From Chiloscyllium plagiosum (Eukaryota): DNA of 64,000 nucleotides. Numbering within the stretch: position 1 is the stretch's first letter; the number at the start of each line of letters is the position of its first letter. A model generated the notes under the pieces. The model saw only the letters and a program-made list of their open reading frames with translations, did not search any database and was not told the DNA's origin. Below are positions 26,822-39,143 of this stretch, one piece after another. The DNA is taken from positions 22,224,243 to 22,288,242 of the forward strand of contig NC_057720.1 of the NCBI RefSeq assembly GCF_004010195.1, in the 5' to 3' direction. Made by a program: the position numbers and the translations under genes.

Positions 26822-26948
26822 GACAAAAATAAAACTGGAGATGCTGGTATCCACAGTAGACAGGCAGGAGGCTGGAAGAACACAGCAGGCCAGGCAGTAT
26901 CAGGAGTTGGAGAAGTCAATGTTTTGGGTGTAACCCTTCTTCAGGACT
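26822..26948 (-). mobile_element. Penelope pLTR fragment with hammerhead motif (variant family)
   Basis: Minus strand 26948-26914 reads agtc-ctgaaga-a-gggt-tac-accc-aaaa-catt-gact. Confidence 0.8.
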
Positions 26949-27193
26949 GTTTAAAGGGAGCTGTTAAAAACCAAATGGTGTAGTGTGTGTGATATTTACT
27001 TTGAGTCCCGAATGCTGAGATGAGATTCTTGCTGGAGAGCGGTGAGAGGGCTATTAATGGAGCTTATCGCTTGTTATCACCCTTACTATTACTTAATATT
27101 GCCCAATTAATATGCACTCTACCAATCTCCCACCTGCGGAATCAAAACGAGGTGCTGAGAACTTCCCATGTCAAAATCAGATCGGGTACCTGG

Positions 27194-27458
27194 TGAAATA
27201 ACTCCACAGAGGCTGGTATCCCATCACCAAATCACCCTCTAATTCCAAGTGGAAAGTCCCTGACACTGATTCAGTTCCCTTAGAGCCAGCTCTCAGACTG
27301 AACAGGATATCTGACTCCCCTGTTTTTAGCTGTCAGCCAGGGCTCCCTGGTGGAGCAGATTAACTGCCCTAATCAGGGAACTCATATTCTATATGATCTG
27401 CCTGGCAGAACTCATATTCTATATGATCTGCCTGGCAGACCTCATTACAATCACTATA
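27194..27458 (-). mobile_element. Solo LTR with 4-bp TSD
   Basis: Minus-strand ends TATAGTG...TATTTCA (TG..CA with one change). CTGG lies at both 27190-27193 and 27459-27462. Internal 30-bp tandem duplication at 27378-27437. Confidence 0.75.
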
Positions 27459-28664
27459 CTGGAAACTCCAGCTCTCTACTTGTATCTCTGGACTTCCATC
27501 TTGTACACTAGGCACCAATGTCTCAGGTCACACTCCATTGGCAGTGCTGACACACACCCCATATCCATAGAGGCTGGCATTGGACAGGTACCAGCCTCTC
27601 CACATCATCAGGGCATATCTCCATGCTGCATAGTGGATCGCACTGGGACCGCTTATGGCAATGCTGCTGCCAGGACACTGTACATGAGGGTCAGGCACCC
27701 AGCTCACAATAGGACCAGTCTACAGCACAGAGCTCCTCACCTGCTCTGTTAGCATTCACTCACTTTGTGAATACTTGAATGCCGCAGCATCCAGAACACT
27801 CCTCGCCATTTTTGCATTTTGCCCCCTCAGCTACCTTTTAAAGGCTCGCAGTATTTCTGCCTTGCCTGCTGTTTAGCACAGACACAAGACTGGGCAGTTT
27901 CTCGTGTTTGTCACCAGCCATCAGGGTAATGGGTGCGGATACGTTACTGTCGGACACTGTGCTCCATCAATCTCACACCGACAGTATGTGCCAGCAACCA
28001 ATGCATCAAACGTACTGCATGTGCTTCAACCATGCCTCATGTTTCAGATTTCCAGCATTCACAGTAGGTTTTACTTTTACATAGCTTCTTATTTTGGTGA
28101 CTATTGTTTACTTTTGGTGTTGGTGGAGAAAAGTCGATGTTTCGCAGTAACTGAAGGCTTCTCTGTATGTGATGGTCTCACATCGTACAATGATAAGATA
28201 CTGGGCTACAGTGGGAATTGGGGAAAGAATATCAGTGACTTACACAGGGTTGTGAGATAGAATGTGATTAAAGATGGATAAGCTGCGGTGTCTTGGTGCT
28301 TAAATAGTCACTGGGGTAGGGACATGCAGCTTTATGTGCAGAGAGGTGTTAACATATTGTCTATGTGCTGTGAGACACATTGGTTTGTGCTACTACATGC
28401 AACTCCAGCTGGCCAGCAGTTGTGTAGGTGCAAGGCTGAGGGTCAAAGATGGTGCCAATGCCAGGAATCCCAGGACATCCTGGCAGTGATGAATACTTCC
28501 AATATGCTTCTCTAATTGTGAATGAATTAGCTGTTGTCCATAAAGAGGTCTGAGATTGTTACCACTTGCAGAAAAACATCACTCTGACTCTGTAAAGAAT
28601 TTGCTGCAGACACAGATAATTATCTCTGTATCTCTGAACTGGGAGCTCTTCATGCTCATCCAAG

Positions 28665-29450
28665 TTATAGAATCGTAATCATAGCATTTTATAATGCAGA
28701 TGGAGACCATTTGACCCACTGTGCCCGTATGCTTTCTGAAAGAGCTCCCTAACTAGTCTCAGTCTCCAGCCCTATCTCCATAGCCCTCTAACTTCACCAC
28801 TTTCAAACATATATCCAGCTCCCTTTTGCATCCTCCTCTGGAATCTATCTCCATCTTCTCTCCCAATCAGCACATTCCAAATCCTAACAACTCTCTGAGT
28901 AAAGAGGTTTCTCCTCATCTCACTTCCAGCTCTCTTGCCAGTGATCTTGAAATTGTAACTCCCTAGTTATTGATATATTAACTAGTGGAAACAGAATATC
29001 CTTCTTTACACTGTCAAAATTGTTCAAAATCTTTTCTTGTATCTAAAATCTCTCATTCTAGGTATCATTCTAGTAAACCTCCTTTGCACTCTCCCAAGGG
29101 ACTTCATGCCCTATCTTAAATAATGTGCTGAGAACTGAACACAATACTCCAAATGTGGTCTGACCAATGACTTATGGAAGTGTAGTATCACTTCTTGCTT
29201 TTATACTCTATGCCTGTATTTATAAGCCCAAAGAATCCATAAGCCCTCTTAACAACGGTTTCAACTTGCCTAGCCACCTTCAGAGAATCATGCATTTAAA
29301 CCCAGAGGTCCCTTTGCTCCTGTACTCCCCTCAAGGTACCATTGAGCCTGAATTGACTCTCCATTTTACTTCTACCAAAATGCATTACCTCGCATTTTTC
29401 TACATTGGGTTTCATCTGCCAAGTGTCTGTCCAGTTGCTCCACCCATCAG
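28665..29450 (-). mobile_element. CR1 LINE 3' segment
   Basis: gaactgaacacaatactccaaatgtggtct is the reverse complement of PHLEYCVQF coding. Closely similar to 62960-63660. Confidence 0.85.
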
Positions 29451-31660
29451 TTAGCATTAGGACCACTGATAGCCTGACAATGGCTGCTTAAGTTGACTGC
29501 AATTGGCCACTCATTCCCCTTAATATGATGGGAAATGCCTGCAATGTGAATAAGGTGCTACATCACTGGCCAGAACAAAGTCAATGGCAATCAGCAGTAC
29601 GTCGGGAGGAGGTAATGAAATAGATGGTTTGTTTTTTTTTAATCCCCTCTTGCAAACCCCACCAACAATTGTTCCTGAGTCATTCTAGGCCTTTCAATAC
29701 TGCCTTCCTACATTGAACAATCAGTGTGTACTTCAGATGGTCAGTAGCTGCCCCCAGTCATCATTAATAAATGTACAAACTGTCAGACAAATCTGCAAAT
29801 CAGCTGATCTTGTGATATTGAGTAAAGTCAGCTCAATCTTTTGTAGGAGTGTGGAGCCTCTCAATTATGCTGACAGTGAGAAACCATACTATTGATCCCA
29901 GAGGCAGAAGTTGCTGACAAGGGTTGAAAGAAGGATCGTTTAACATATCTGTAGCCTTTATGTTCTTGAAAAGTCTTGGGCGTGGTGGAGACTTCAGGGG
30001 AAAAGAAATATTTGGCATGAGGAAGTGAATCTGGGCGTCCATATTCAAGTCTTCCACCTGGTGCTGAATGATGTATTGCCCATTTCTTGCTGATAATGTG
30101 GCTGTTCCTGTCATCCTCAGCTCAGTCAGGTGGTAGTACCTGTTGTACAGAAATCAGGTCCTGAGGACATCTGAAGAGCTCCTGTTTCCCTGCTCAGAGA
30201 GGGAGGCGAATATACGGCTCATTCCCATCCCCAATTTTAGCTGGTGCTTCAACCAAGGAAGAGCACAGAAAGTAAGTTTTAATTTTATGAGACTTGGAAA
30301 AGAGAAGGAAAACTTGGTAGATGCCAATTCCAGGAACCAATTCCTGCCAGCCCACTCTCTTACATCAAGGGTCTGACCAAGGCATCTGATGTAATGTGGA
30401 CTTAGTATCACTTTGCTACCCCAGGGGGCACACCCACCCTCTCAATCCTACATTACAGAGGTCAGTTCAGACCAAAATGGAATACTCCTATTGTCAGGCT
30501 GTTGCACATTAGCAGCATGAGCACCTCTTGCAGACAAAATCAACTAGCAAGTCTCTTTTGCAATGGTGGTATGAGACCTTACTTCAAGCAGAAATCGTGA
30601 GGCCAAAACCACTGAAAGACTAAGATTTAAACCTTTAAAGGTAGCTATTTGTCAGTTTTCCAGTGACATTTGAAGAGCAGGGAAGAAGTTGAAATGCCAA
30701 GATTCAACATTACACTGTAAGAGAACTCAGAATAGAGCTGAAGGAAGCTGATAAATATACAATGGGATTATCGGGCAAAAAGGTGATGGCATTAGATGTG
30801 ATTAGGGGAGGTCACTGACAGCTTCCACCTTCAGATAATACAAGAAATGGATTGCTGCTGTTACCATTTATCGAAATACATTCAAATTAAGCTCAAAGGT
30901 TCATCAAACAGGGCAAAATATTTGCTATCCAGTTTTAGTGATGAAAATTGCTCTTAGGTTTACAAAAAGGAATAAAAATAGTTGTATGTGAAGCACATGA
31001 CAAAACTAAATATTAAACATTTTTCAATCTTAACTCATTCTCTTCTCAAGCATTTTTGGAAATATTTTGCTGAAAACTGCAAATGCATCGAAGATGTTCA
31101 TGTCTATTTTGTTTAGTGGCATCAACCAACCACAAAATTACTAAAACAATGAAGCAAAGATATGCTATTTCTGGCCTTACTTCGAATAAATAGACTGTTT
31201 ATTTAAAATTAATGAATCTAAAAGATGTCAAAATGAGCCTAACCAACAGGCTAGGGCTACTTATCTGAGTCAGTGACCTCCGAGACTCATGTCGTTGAGG
31301 AGCAATTCATTTTTTAAAAACAACAGCAAGCATCTGTACCATTCTGCATACCAGCCATATACAACATGCTGGGGTTAGGAGATGGTGCGAAGGGTCTCTT
31401 CTCTCTAGCAAAGGGTCCACACTGAATTGTATTTTTAAAGATCAATAAACGGCAATAAACTCTTATATATCAACGGGACAGGTGACAACTCATTTCCCAG
31501 ACAGGTCAATCCAGGAAGCGGGACACAAGACTTGCAATAATGTATCCCAGGGCCTGACAGGATTTGGATCACACCTGAGAGCTCACAATGAAATTATGGT
31601 GAAAGTAGAACAAAATAGCAGTGTTTTGACAGAATGCAAATTTGATTAAAGTTGATATAC

Positions 31661-31744
31661 CTGTCCACAGGCGAGGCCCATTCCTCTTTCTCCCATGCCA
31701 TGTGGGCAAGACAGGTTTAATTCCAAGGCATCGGCACCAGCATC
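31661..31744 (-). CDS. DPYD: DPYD coding exon (exon 16 equivalent), 84 bp, catalytic loop
   Basis: Read manually: [28 protein letters not shown]. Contains NLSCPH (catalytic Cys671 in mammalian numbering). TTTGTAG acceptor, GTATAT donor. Confidence 0.97.
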
Positions 31745-32312
31745 CTACAAATGATGAAGAACTTGAGAGTGCTGCAAGACTATAAATGTAAATTGATTTC
31801 CTGAACAGACCGACTTACACCAACAGATCTTGGAAGTAATTAGATCTTTCCAATAGACTGAAAGATGTGGCAGCTGGTCTCATACTCCAGGATTTGATGG
31901 GAAGGTTGAATAAAGTGTAAACTTTATATTCTATTTCAGGATTTTGTAACTTGGACTACTCATTCTTTTCCCTCTAAGCAGCATTCAGTCAAAAAGCATG
32001 TAATTCATTGGCATCTAACTGGATTGTCATCTTTCTTAGAAAATCCTTTATCTGTAATGGTATGAATTTTAAAAATCAATTGTGAATCAGTTAAGGAAAT
32101 ATATTGTTGAGTTATACCAAATATGATTACAAATAGAATAATCTTAAAATGACAATAATCACTTGGACATGCAGTAGAATTTTTAAAGACCAATGATTTA
32201 ATTTACTTTAAATGCTGCCACAGAGAAAAAAGGATGTACTAATATTTGATATGTCTTTCTGTTGTTGCTCTCAAAATATCTCTGATGTTAACCTTGCTAC
32301 TGTGGGATACAG

Positions 32313-32884
32313 GAGAAAGTGAGGTCTGCAGATGCTGGAGATCAGAGCTGAAAATGTGTTGCTGGAAAAGCGCAGCAGGTCAGGCAGCATCCAGGGAACT
32401 GGAGAATCAACGTTTCGGGCATGTCACAAATCCAGTCTATCAGCTATTTCTTTCCCATATTGGGATTCTGGTTACAGTGCAGCTGCACTGCTGTGATATC
32501 GCTTGCATATCAAAATTGCTGCAGCAAACAGCATCAGAAAGAAATTGCAAAGATAATGCAGTGGTTTCCTGCCAACATTTCCTAATCCTTTACAAACTCA
32601 TTGGCCTCTGCTTGACTGTATCCCACAGTAGCTGAAAATGTGTTGCTGGAAAAGCGCAGCAGGTCAGGCAGCATCCAGGGAACAGGAGAATCAANNNNNN
32701 NNNNNNNNNNNNNNNNNNNNNNNNNNNNNNNNNNNNNNNNNNNNNNNNNNNNNNNNNNNNNNNNNNNNNNNNNNNNNNNNNNNNNNNNNNNNNNNNNNNN
32801 NNNNNNNNNNNNNNNNNNNNNNNNNNNNNNNNNNNNNNNNNNNNNNNNNNNNNNNNNGTCTTTTCCAGCAACAAATTTTCAGCA
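32313..32884. mobile_element. Complex Penelope pLTR fold-back insertion spanning a gap
   Basis: Tail plus arm, an inverted copy of the flank, arm, gap, arm. actgtgggatacag occurs at 32299-32312 and 32885-32898. Confidence 0.7.
32695..32857. other. Assembly gap
   Basis: Run of N. Confidence 1.
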
Positions 32885-33278
32885 ACTGTGGGATACAGTC
32901 AAGCAGAGGCCAATGAGTTTGTAAAGGATTAGGAAATGTTGGCAGGAAACCACTGCATTATCTTTGCAATTTCTTTCTGATGCTGTTTGCTGCAGCAATT
33001 TTGATATGCAAGCGATATCACAGCAGTGCAGCTGCACTGTAACCAGAATCCCAATATGGGAAAGAAATAGCTGATAGACTGGATTTGTGACAGTTAGTTC
33101 AGAAACCAATATGAGGGTGTTACTTGCCTAACTGCATCTAATCAAACTGAAGTCATGCGAACATCATCATTGAAACACCACTAACCAAAGCCACTGGAGA
33201 CCATGTGAAGATAATTATTTTCTTCACATCTGATTGATGTTTCACCTAATTGGTTGGGACTTCCCAAGTCACTGAGTC

Positions 33279-33333
33279 AAGATTGTGTGGGCCAATCAAA
33301 CTTGGGAAGATTGTGTGGGCCAATCAAACTTGG
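33279..33333. repeat. 28-bp tandem duplication
   Basis: aagattgtgtgggccaatcaaacttgg occurs twice. Confidence 0.9.
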
Positions 33334-33548
33334 ATACCATTTGGGTTGGGTCTCTCATAAAGTCCTGATGTTTTCATTCAGCTTAACTTCAACCTCAAGC
33401 ATCAGTGAGCTGATTATTAGTGACCATGTGCCCTTAAGGTACTATGTTTGCTTGCTGTCTGGAAAGCTAAGCCCAAACCAACACAGTGAGTGACATACTT
33501 TAGTTCAGAGTGAACATGGCTCATGCAACTTGCCATATTGGATACTTT

Positions 33549-33676
33549 AGCTTAAAAATGTGTTGCTGGAAAGCGCAACAGGCCAGGCAGCATCAATGGC
33601 ACAGGAGAATCGACGTTTTGGGCATAAGCCCTTCTTCAGCTCTGATCTCCAGCATCTGCAGTCCTCACTTTCTCCT
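33549..33676. mobile_element. Penelope-derived mini element (inverted arm plus tail) with TSD
   Basis: Perfect 14-bp TSD atattggatacttt (33535-33548 / 33677-33690). Hammerhead-like motif on the minus strand. Confidence 0.88.
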
Positions 33677-34879
33677 ATATTGGATACTTTGTCATTCCTC
33701 ATCAGGGTCAATGGGTTCAATGCAAGAATTTCTAGGTTTTTGTGTCTAAACTGTCAGAAATGCCTGAATTGAAATAATTTGGAACACATCCAAACATAGA
33801 ATTGCACAAATATTATATCTCCATATACCTGTATATATACATTTGGGTGTAGATTTACAATTTATTTCCTCAAACCGATATGCATTAGAGATGTGGAAAA
33901 TCACATCTCACAGAAAGCAAAGTAACAAACAGCATGATAAAGTCATTCATCATAGTCAGCGTTTAGACAGTAAGGCTCATGTTAAGCCAGAATTTTGAGA
34001 TGGATTTCATGGTCAATTGGGCCAGTTTAAAATGGATGGCGAGCTCAAGATCACAAAACCAATTACTAATAATGTTTAATTTAATTTTCCATTAGTAAGC
34101 CCTCTTAAAGCTGCGACTTTGTACTATAGTCTGCAAGGTTCACAGAAAAATGGCCAGCAATTTAAAGAATCATTATTAAAGGAATTTGCAGTTAATAGCT
34201 GTAACATGAGTTAGATAAAGCTGATATTCTACATTCTTGAACCTGTCTTTTTAATACCAGAAGTGGGCAGATTCAAGGTTGAGCAGGGCCACATTTTAAA
34301 TGCTTTACGCGCTAATCTTAGGATTTGTATATCAGTGACAAGAAACACAACATGGGGAACAATCGCTTACTATTTCCCACAATTGTGATCAGATGTACAT
34401 CACAGGACAGCAACGAAATTCATTCACTTTAATTTCACCTCAATTAAAAAGGAAAACTATTGGCTGCCATTCCTTAATCTCTTCCTCGGCTTAACCTCTC
34501 CTGCCCATAGCTACAGGCCTTAAACACTTGTTGGGCCGAAGGACCTGTTTCCACACTGTAGGGATTCTAATCATGTCATCTCACCAACCCCACTATTCCC
34601 AATCACAGATAAGACAATCACAGGTTATTTCGTCACATCTCATCACTTGCATTCTCATTTCAACCTCAATTGTTTCAGTACCCCCACTAAAATATGCGCT
34701 ACATCACGTCCTGTACAATGAAGCTTTCAAAATCCTGCCTAATCTTTGGCCTTCAATTTACCACAAAATATTTGCAAAATAACATCACTACCTTTTTAGA
34801 CCTTGTCCTCAGAGAACCCCTTAGTCTGTCCCAATCTAGTCATTTATCTTGGTACGTCCTCTAGTCTATGTTTTATTGA

Positions 34880-35030
34880 GTTATCGAGTCACGGAGTCAT
34901 ACAACATAGAAGCAGACCCTTAGGACCAGAGTACGCTGACCAACAAACACCAACCACACTAATCCCATTTACCAGCACTTGGTCCATAGTCTATAATGCC
35001 ATAGCATTTTAAATGCTCATCTATTTCATT
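34880..35030 (-). mobile_element. CR1 3' end fragment
   Basis: (gagtca) tail repeats and a 3'UTR similar to 36130 and 58945. Confidence 0.6.
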
Positions 35031-35942
35031 TGAAGTATATTGGAACACAACAACTTAACCATTTGTTATGTCTTGTAGTTCCTAGATGTTAGTTTTCATC
35101 ATACACTTTTCGTCTCGTGTGCTGGAGGTTCATCGACTGTATTTCCTGCAACTTTCCATGTGGTTGGTAGTTTGATACTTTGTACATTTGGCAGCATAAT
35201 GCAGTTTTGAGTGGTATGGCATTCTGATTATACACATAAACCTTCATGTGAAAAATATAGTTCCAGTTCCTAGCTGGAATAGATGACAATATCGCAACAA
35301 TCATTGCCAAATTTGGTTGCATCACATTACATTAGATTAGATGTTTCTGTTTAAAATATGGCATATTCTCAAAATTGCAATCTTTACAAATTGCAGGTCT
35401 ATAATCTGTCAGAAAATTGGAGAAATTAAATTCAAATTTAAAATATTGGGAATAAAAACTGGCATAATTTAAAACTGTTGAATAGTTGCAAAACTAACTA
35501 GTTTTTTTTAGTTTTCTTTAGAAGAATGAAACCTACTGGCCTTACTTGGCCAATACATGAGTACAGTTCTTTGTAAACACTAATAATTCTTTTAGCCTCT
35601 GAAGTGGCTGAGCAAGCCACTCAGTTAAATATAACAAAGAAGTGCACCTGGACAGTATGGGTTTCAAGAAGCAGATTAATCGTATTTTTACATGACTGGA
35701 ATTTGTAATGCCCATCCTGCCTGTATTTTGTGACAGTCTTTTCCACCCATCATTAACTGACAGTTATTTCACTTAAATTTCATCTTAATTTGGCAGATCA
35801 GTATAAATTAAAACTGAAATATCACAACATTTGCATAATTTATACATTTTATCCCAAAACATACAACATGAAGCTTAGTAAAATGTTAAAGGTGATTCTC
35901 CAATGGAACAGTAAATAGTGCGATAGAAACCCGAAGACCTAC

Positions 35943-36011
35943 CTCCGCCATTTTTGAAAGTTCTGTCCAATCATTCTTGTTGTAAGTGCACATGAGGCTG
36001 GCAATAATAAT
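35943..36011 (-). CDS. DPYD: DPYD coding exon (exon 15 equivalent), 69 bp
   Basis: Read manually because it is too short for the ORF track: [29 protein letters not shown] acceptor, GTAGGT donor, phase 0/0. Confidence 0.96.
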
Positions 36012-36129
36012 CTAAAACAAGAAATTCGATGATATATCTGTTACAGCGGCATTTACAAAATAATATGAGAGAAAAAACATTTTTAATCAACAAATAAATT
36101 GCAACCTTCCTTTTCAGGGTGTTATACAT

Positions 36130-36410
36130 TCACACAGGATAGGAACAGGACCTTCATCCACCGTGTCTATGCCAATCAACAAACACCAAACTACACTAAT
36201 TCTATTTAACTGCACTTGGTCCCAGGCCTACTATGCTCTGGCATTCTAAGTATTCATCCAGATGCTTCTTAAGTGTTGCAAGGGTACTTGCTTCCACCAT
36301 CTTGTCAGGTAGCATATATCTACTACCCTCTGGGTGAAAAAGTTTTTCCTCCGATCTTTCCAACACCACTTATTCTTCACCTGCCACTTATGCACTCTCA
36401 TCTTAAGAGA
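36130..36410 (-). mobile_element. CR1 3' end fragment
   Basis: ctaccctctgggtgaaaaag (FFTQRV in reverse) and the 3'UTR. Confidence 0.7.
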
Positions 36411-36759
36411 GTCAAAGAGTCAATATTGTTTTAACATATAATTAATTGTTTCAACCTCATTGACCCCCATCTCCAAACAGTCCACTTCTACTTCCTTTGC
36501 AAAATCCATGAACAAGAGTTCCCTGGTCAATTTGCTGTCTCAGTATCTTCCTGCCCCACTGAACTAATTTCTTCGGCTCTCATCTCCATATTTTTTTCCC
36601 CTTACCCAACATCTACCAACATACATCTGTGAATCATCCAATACCCTATGTGTTACTTAACATTGTCCAATTTTCTTGCCCTAACCATTTCCTTTTTACC
36701 ATGGATGTCCAATCCATCAATCTCCAATCACCTATTGGAGTAAGTTGGTGTAGAGTTCT

Positions 36760-36875
36760 ATTCTGAAGAAGGGTCATTGAACTGAAAATGTTAACTCTGT
36801 TTTTCTCGGTCTACAGATGCAGCCTTTCCTGCTGAGTTTCTACAGCATTATTTTGTTTTTGTTTCAGAGCTCTCT
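36760..36875 (+). mobile_element. Old Penelope pLTR fragment (family B) with hammerhead remnant
   Basis: agagtt...ctgaaga-agggtcattgaact-gaaaatgtt-aactct, then cagatgc...cctgctgagtttc. Confidence 0.65.
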
Positions 36876-37775
36876 ACTACTCCCTTGAACAGAGTTTGAA
36901 CCTGTCTCCATCCACTCACACAATAGAGTGAATGGACTCTTCTATGCCATCATCATTTGCTCATTCAATAATTCTATGGACATGGAACTTTACCATTTTG
37001 AGGCAACAGTTCTATTAGTGATCTACAATTGGCACCTGTCATTAGTTGCTTAGTACCAATACCAAAAAATACACTGAGTATCATTGTTATTGCCAATTCA
37101 CTCTTATGCTGTAGTGTAACTGAGTTTAATACTCTAGCAAAACAATCAGATTTGATTTTGCAGATAGATTATTCAGTTTTAGTAATGTGACTCACTTGCT
37201 CATTCTGTCAGTTTCCCTATGCTCTGCAAATTAATTATTTCCCCTGTCTTTAAAGCTGGGCTCCATTCTTTTTGCTCTGTTCTGTGTGTGGGTAATTTTC
37301 ATCATCCACATTGCAGTATAAGTCACCCTCCAAATCGCTAACCTTACTGTTTTCAAAAGTGATTACTGCCCTTGAGGCTAACCTGCTAAATCTGCCAAGT
37401 GAGTGCTCAGCGTTCTTCTGACTGCAGTGAAGAATACTGGTGACTTCTGACCTTTTTTCAAATTGCAAATCAAAATCTTAAATTAGAACTAGATACAAGG
37501 GCTTGATTTCCTTCCTTAGGGTCACAGAAGCAAAAATGGCACCAGCACTGGTGCAAATTGTTCTAATTAGGAATTGTACAACGCACAATGAGCCCCCTCA
37601 GTTCATTAGACTGCTAAATCTATCTTTTAACAAATAACTTTACTGTGTTGGAGAAAGGGTATCTCTGTTTTGAAGCACCCTCTTTTTTATTCACCTCCTA
37701 TGTCAGCCTGCTGCTTCTTCCAAGCTAGAAAGACTCTGATTAGCCAAGCAACTTTAACAATGCCCTTATTTTGAT

Positions 37776-37932
37776 ACAGCTCAACTGGCTGGGCAGCTGG
37801 TTTGCGATGCCGAGCAACACCAACAGCACTTGTTCAAAACTCACCCTCGCCTGAGGCATGATGACCCACCACTAATCGTCTTTCTCTAGTGAGACAGCAG
37901 CCCAATGGTCCTCTTGAACTAATGACTTTTCC
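37776..37932 (+). mobile_element. Probable tRNA-derived SINE (family 3), internally deleted
   Basis: agctcaactggc A-box-like head, gttcaaa B-box remnant and a gactttt tail. Confidence 0.45.
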
Positions 37933-38145
37933 TCTATTTGGACGGAGAACCTGTCTCCACTCAAGTAAGGGGATGTGTTCTTGAAAATAATGGAGGTGCA
38001 TTCAGATTAGGGCTTGAGATCCAGTGGTAGGACATTCTGGTGTTCATGCCAAGGGTACCATGTTCTAACGCTAACTGGGCATACTCAAAGACTGCCAGCC
38101 TGGTCTGAAGTAGCCACCCGGGTCAGGGCTGTGTCCACTGTCTGC

Positions 38146-38272
38146 AAAAGTGAGGACAGCAGATGCTGGAGATCAGAGTTGAGAGTGTAGTGCTGGAAAA
38201 GCACAGCAGGTCAGCCAGCATCCGAGGAGCAGGAGAATCGACATTTTGGGTAAAAGCCCTTCATCAGGAATG
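38146..38272 (-). mobile_element. Penelope pLTR plus tail
   Basis: Minus strand reads cctgatgaagggcttttacccaaaatgtcgatt...ctctgatctccagcatctgc. Confidence 0.85.
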
Positions 38273-38363
38273 CAGCAATGCCATGAGAAAGTTGATGGCC
38301 TTCTGCCCTCTGCAAGGATAAGAGCCACCATCTTACTTTGTGTTGCCACGCACACACTCTTTC

Positions 38364-38717
38364 GGATGGCACGGTGGTTCAGTGGTTAGCACTGCTGTCT
38401 CACAGCACCAGGGTCCCGGGTTCAATTCCAGCCTCGGACAACCATCTGTGTGGAGTTTGCACATACTCCCCATGTCGGTGTGGGTTTCCTCTGGGTGCTC
38501 TGGTTTCCTCCCATAATCCCAAGATGTGCAGGTTAGGTGAATTGGCCATGTTAAATTGCCCATAATGTTCAGGGATATGTAGGTTAGATGCATTAGTTTG
38601 GGGTAAATGTAAAGTAGCAGGGGAATGGGTCTGGGTGGGTTACTCTTCAGGGGGTCGGTGTGGACTTGTTGAGCCAAATGGCCTGTTTCAATACTGTAGG
38701 GATTCTAAGTATTCTAA
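38364..38717 (+). mobile_element. Full-length HE1/V-SINE-type SINE
   Basis: A box tggttcagtgg, B box ggttcaattcc, central core and LINE-derived tail. Confidence 0.93.
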
Positions 38718-38998
38718 CTGGACCATTCATCGCTGCCAAACATGAGAAGCTGCCTGGCTAACAGTTTGCTGATACAAATTTCCGTGTCCTGAGCTGACTA
38801 GGTTGGCTTTGGGCACCCAGGGAAGAGCCAGGAAGTTGCAGTCACCAGATACCTGCCCGGACGTTCATGTCAGGAGTTGTTGCTGTCTAGTTTTTGTCTT
38901 CTGCCTGGGAAAGCAACAAACTGCACTTAAATAAGAATTAGGAAGAATGAGATGTTAATAGATGGGCAGTGGGACATAGATTGACATCACAATTTTGA

Positions 38999-39143
38999 GA
39001 TTCTGGATTAGAGGTGCTGGAAAAGCACAGCAGTTCAGGCAGCATCCGGGAAGCAGTAAAATCGACATTTCAGGCAAAAGTCCTTTTCCAGCACCTCTAA
39101 TCCAGAATCTGGTTTCCAGCATCTGCAGTCATTGTTTTCACCT
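38999..39143. mobile_element. Penelope-derived fold-back mini element with TSD
   Basis: Perfect inverted repeat gattctggattagaggtgctggaaaag / cttttccagcacctctaatccagaatc. TSD atcacaattttga (38986-38998) / atcacgattttga (39144-39156). Confidence 0.88.

Noticed and set aside
29833..30411. Adjacent minus-strand ORFs and a plus-strand GTAAGT at about 30271 as a nested gene or antisense exon
   Set aside because: No recognisable domain or partner exons; more likely decayed TE or chance.
38364..38440. tRNA genes
   Set aside because: The A/B boxes are SINE heads followed by SINE core and LINE tail; no complete cloverleaf was seen.
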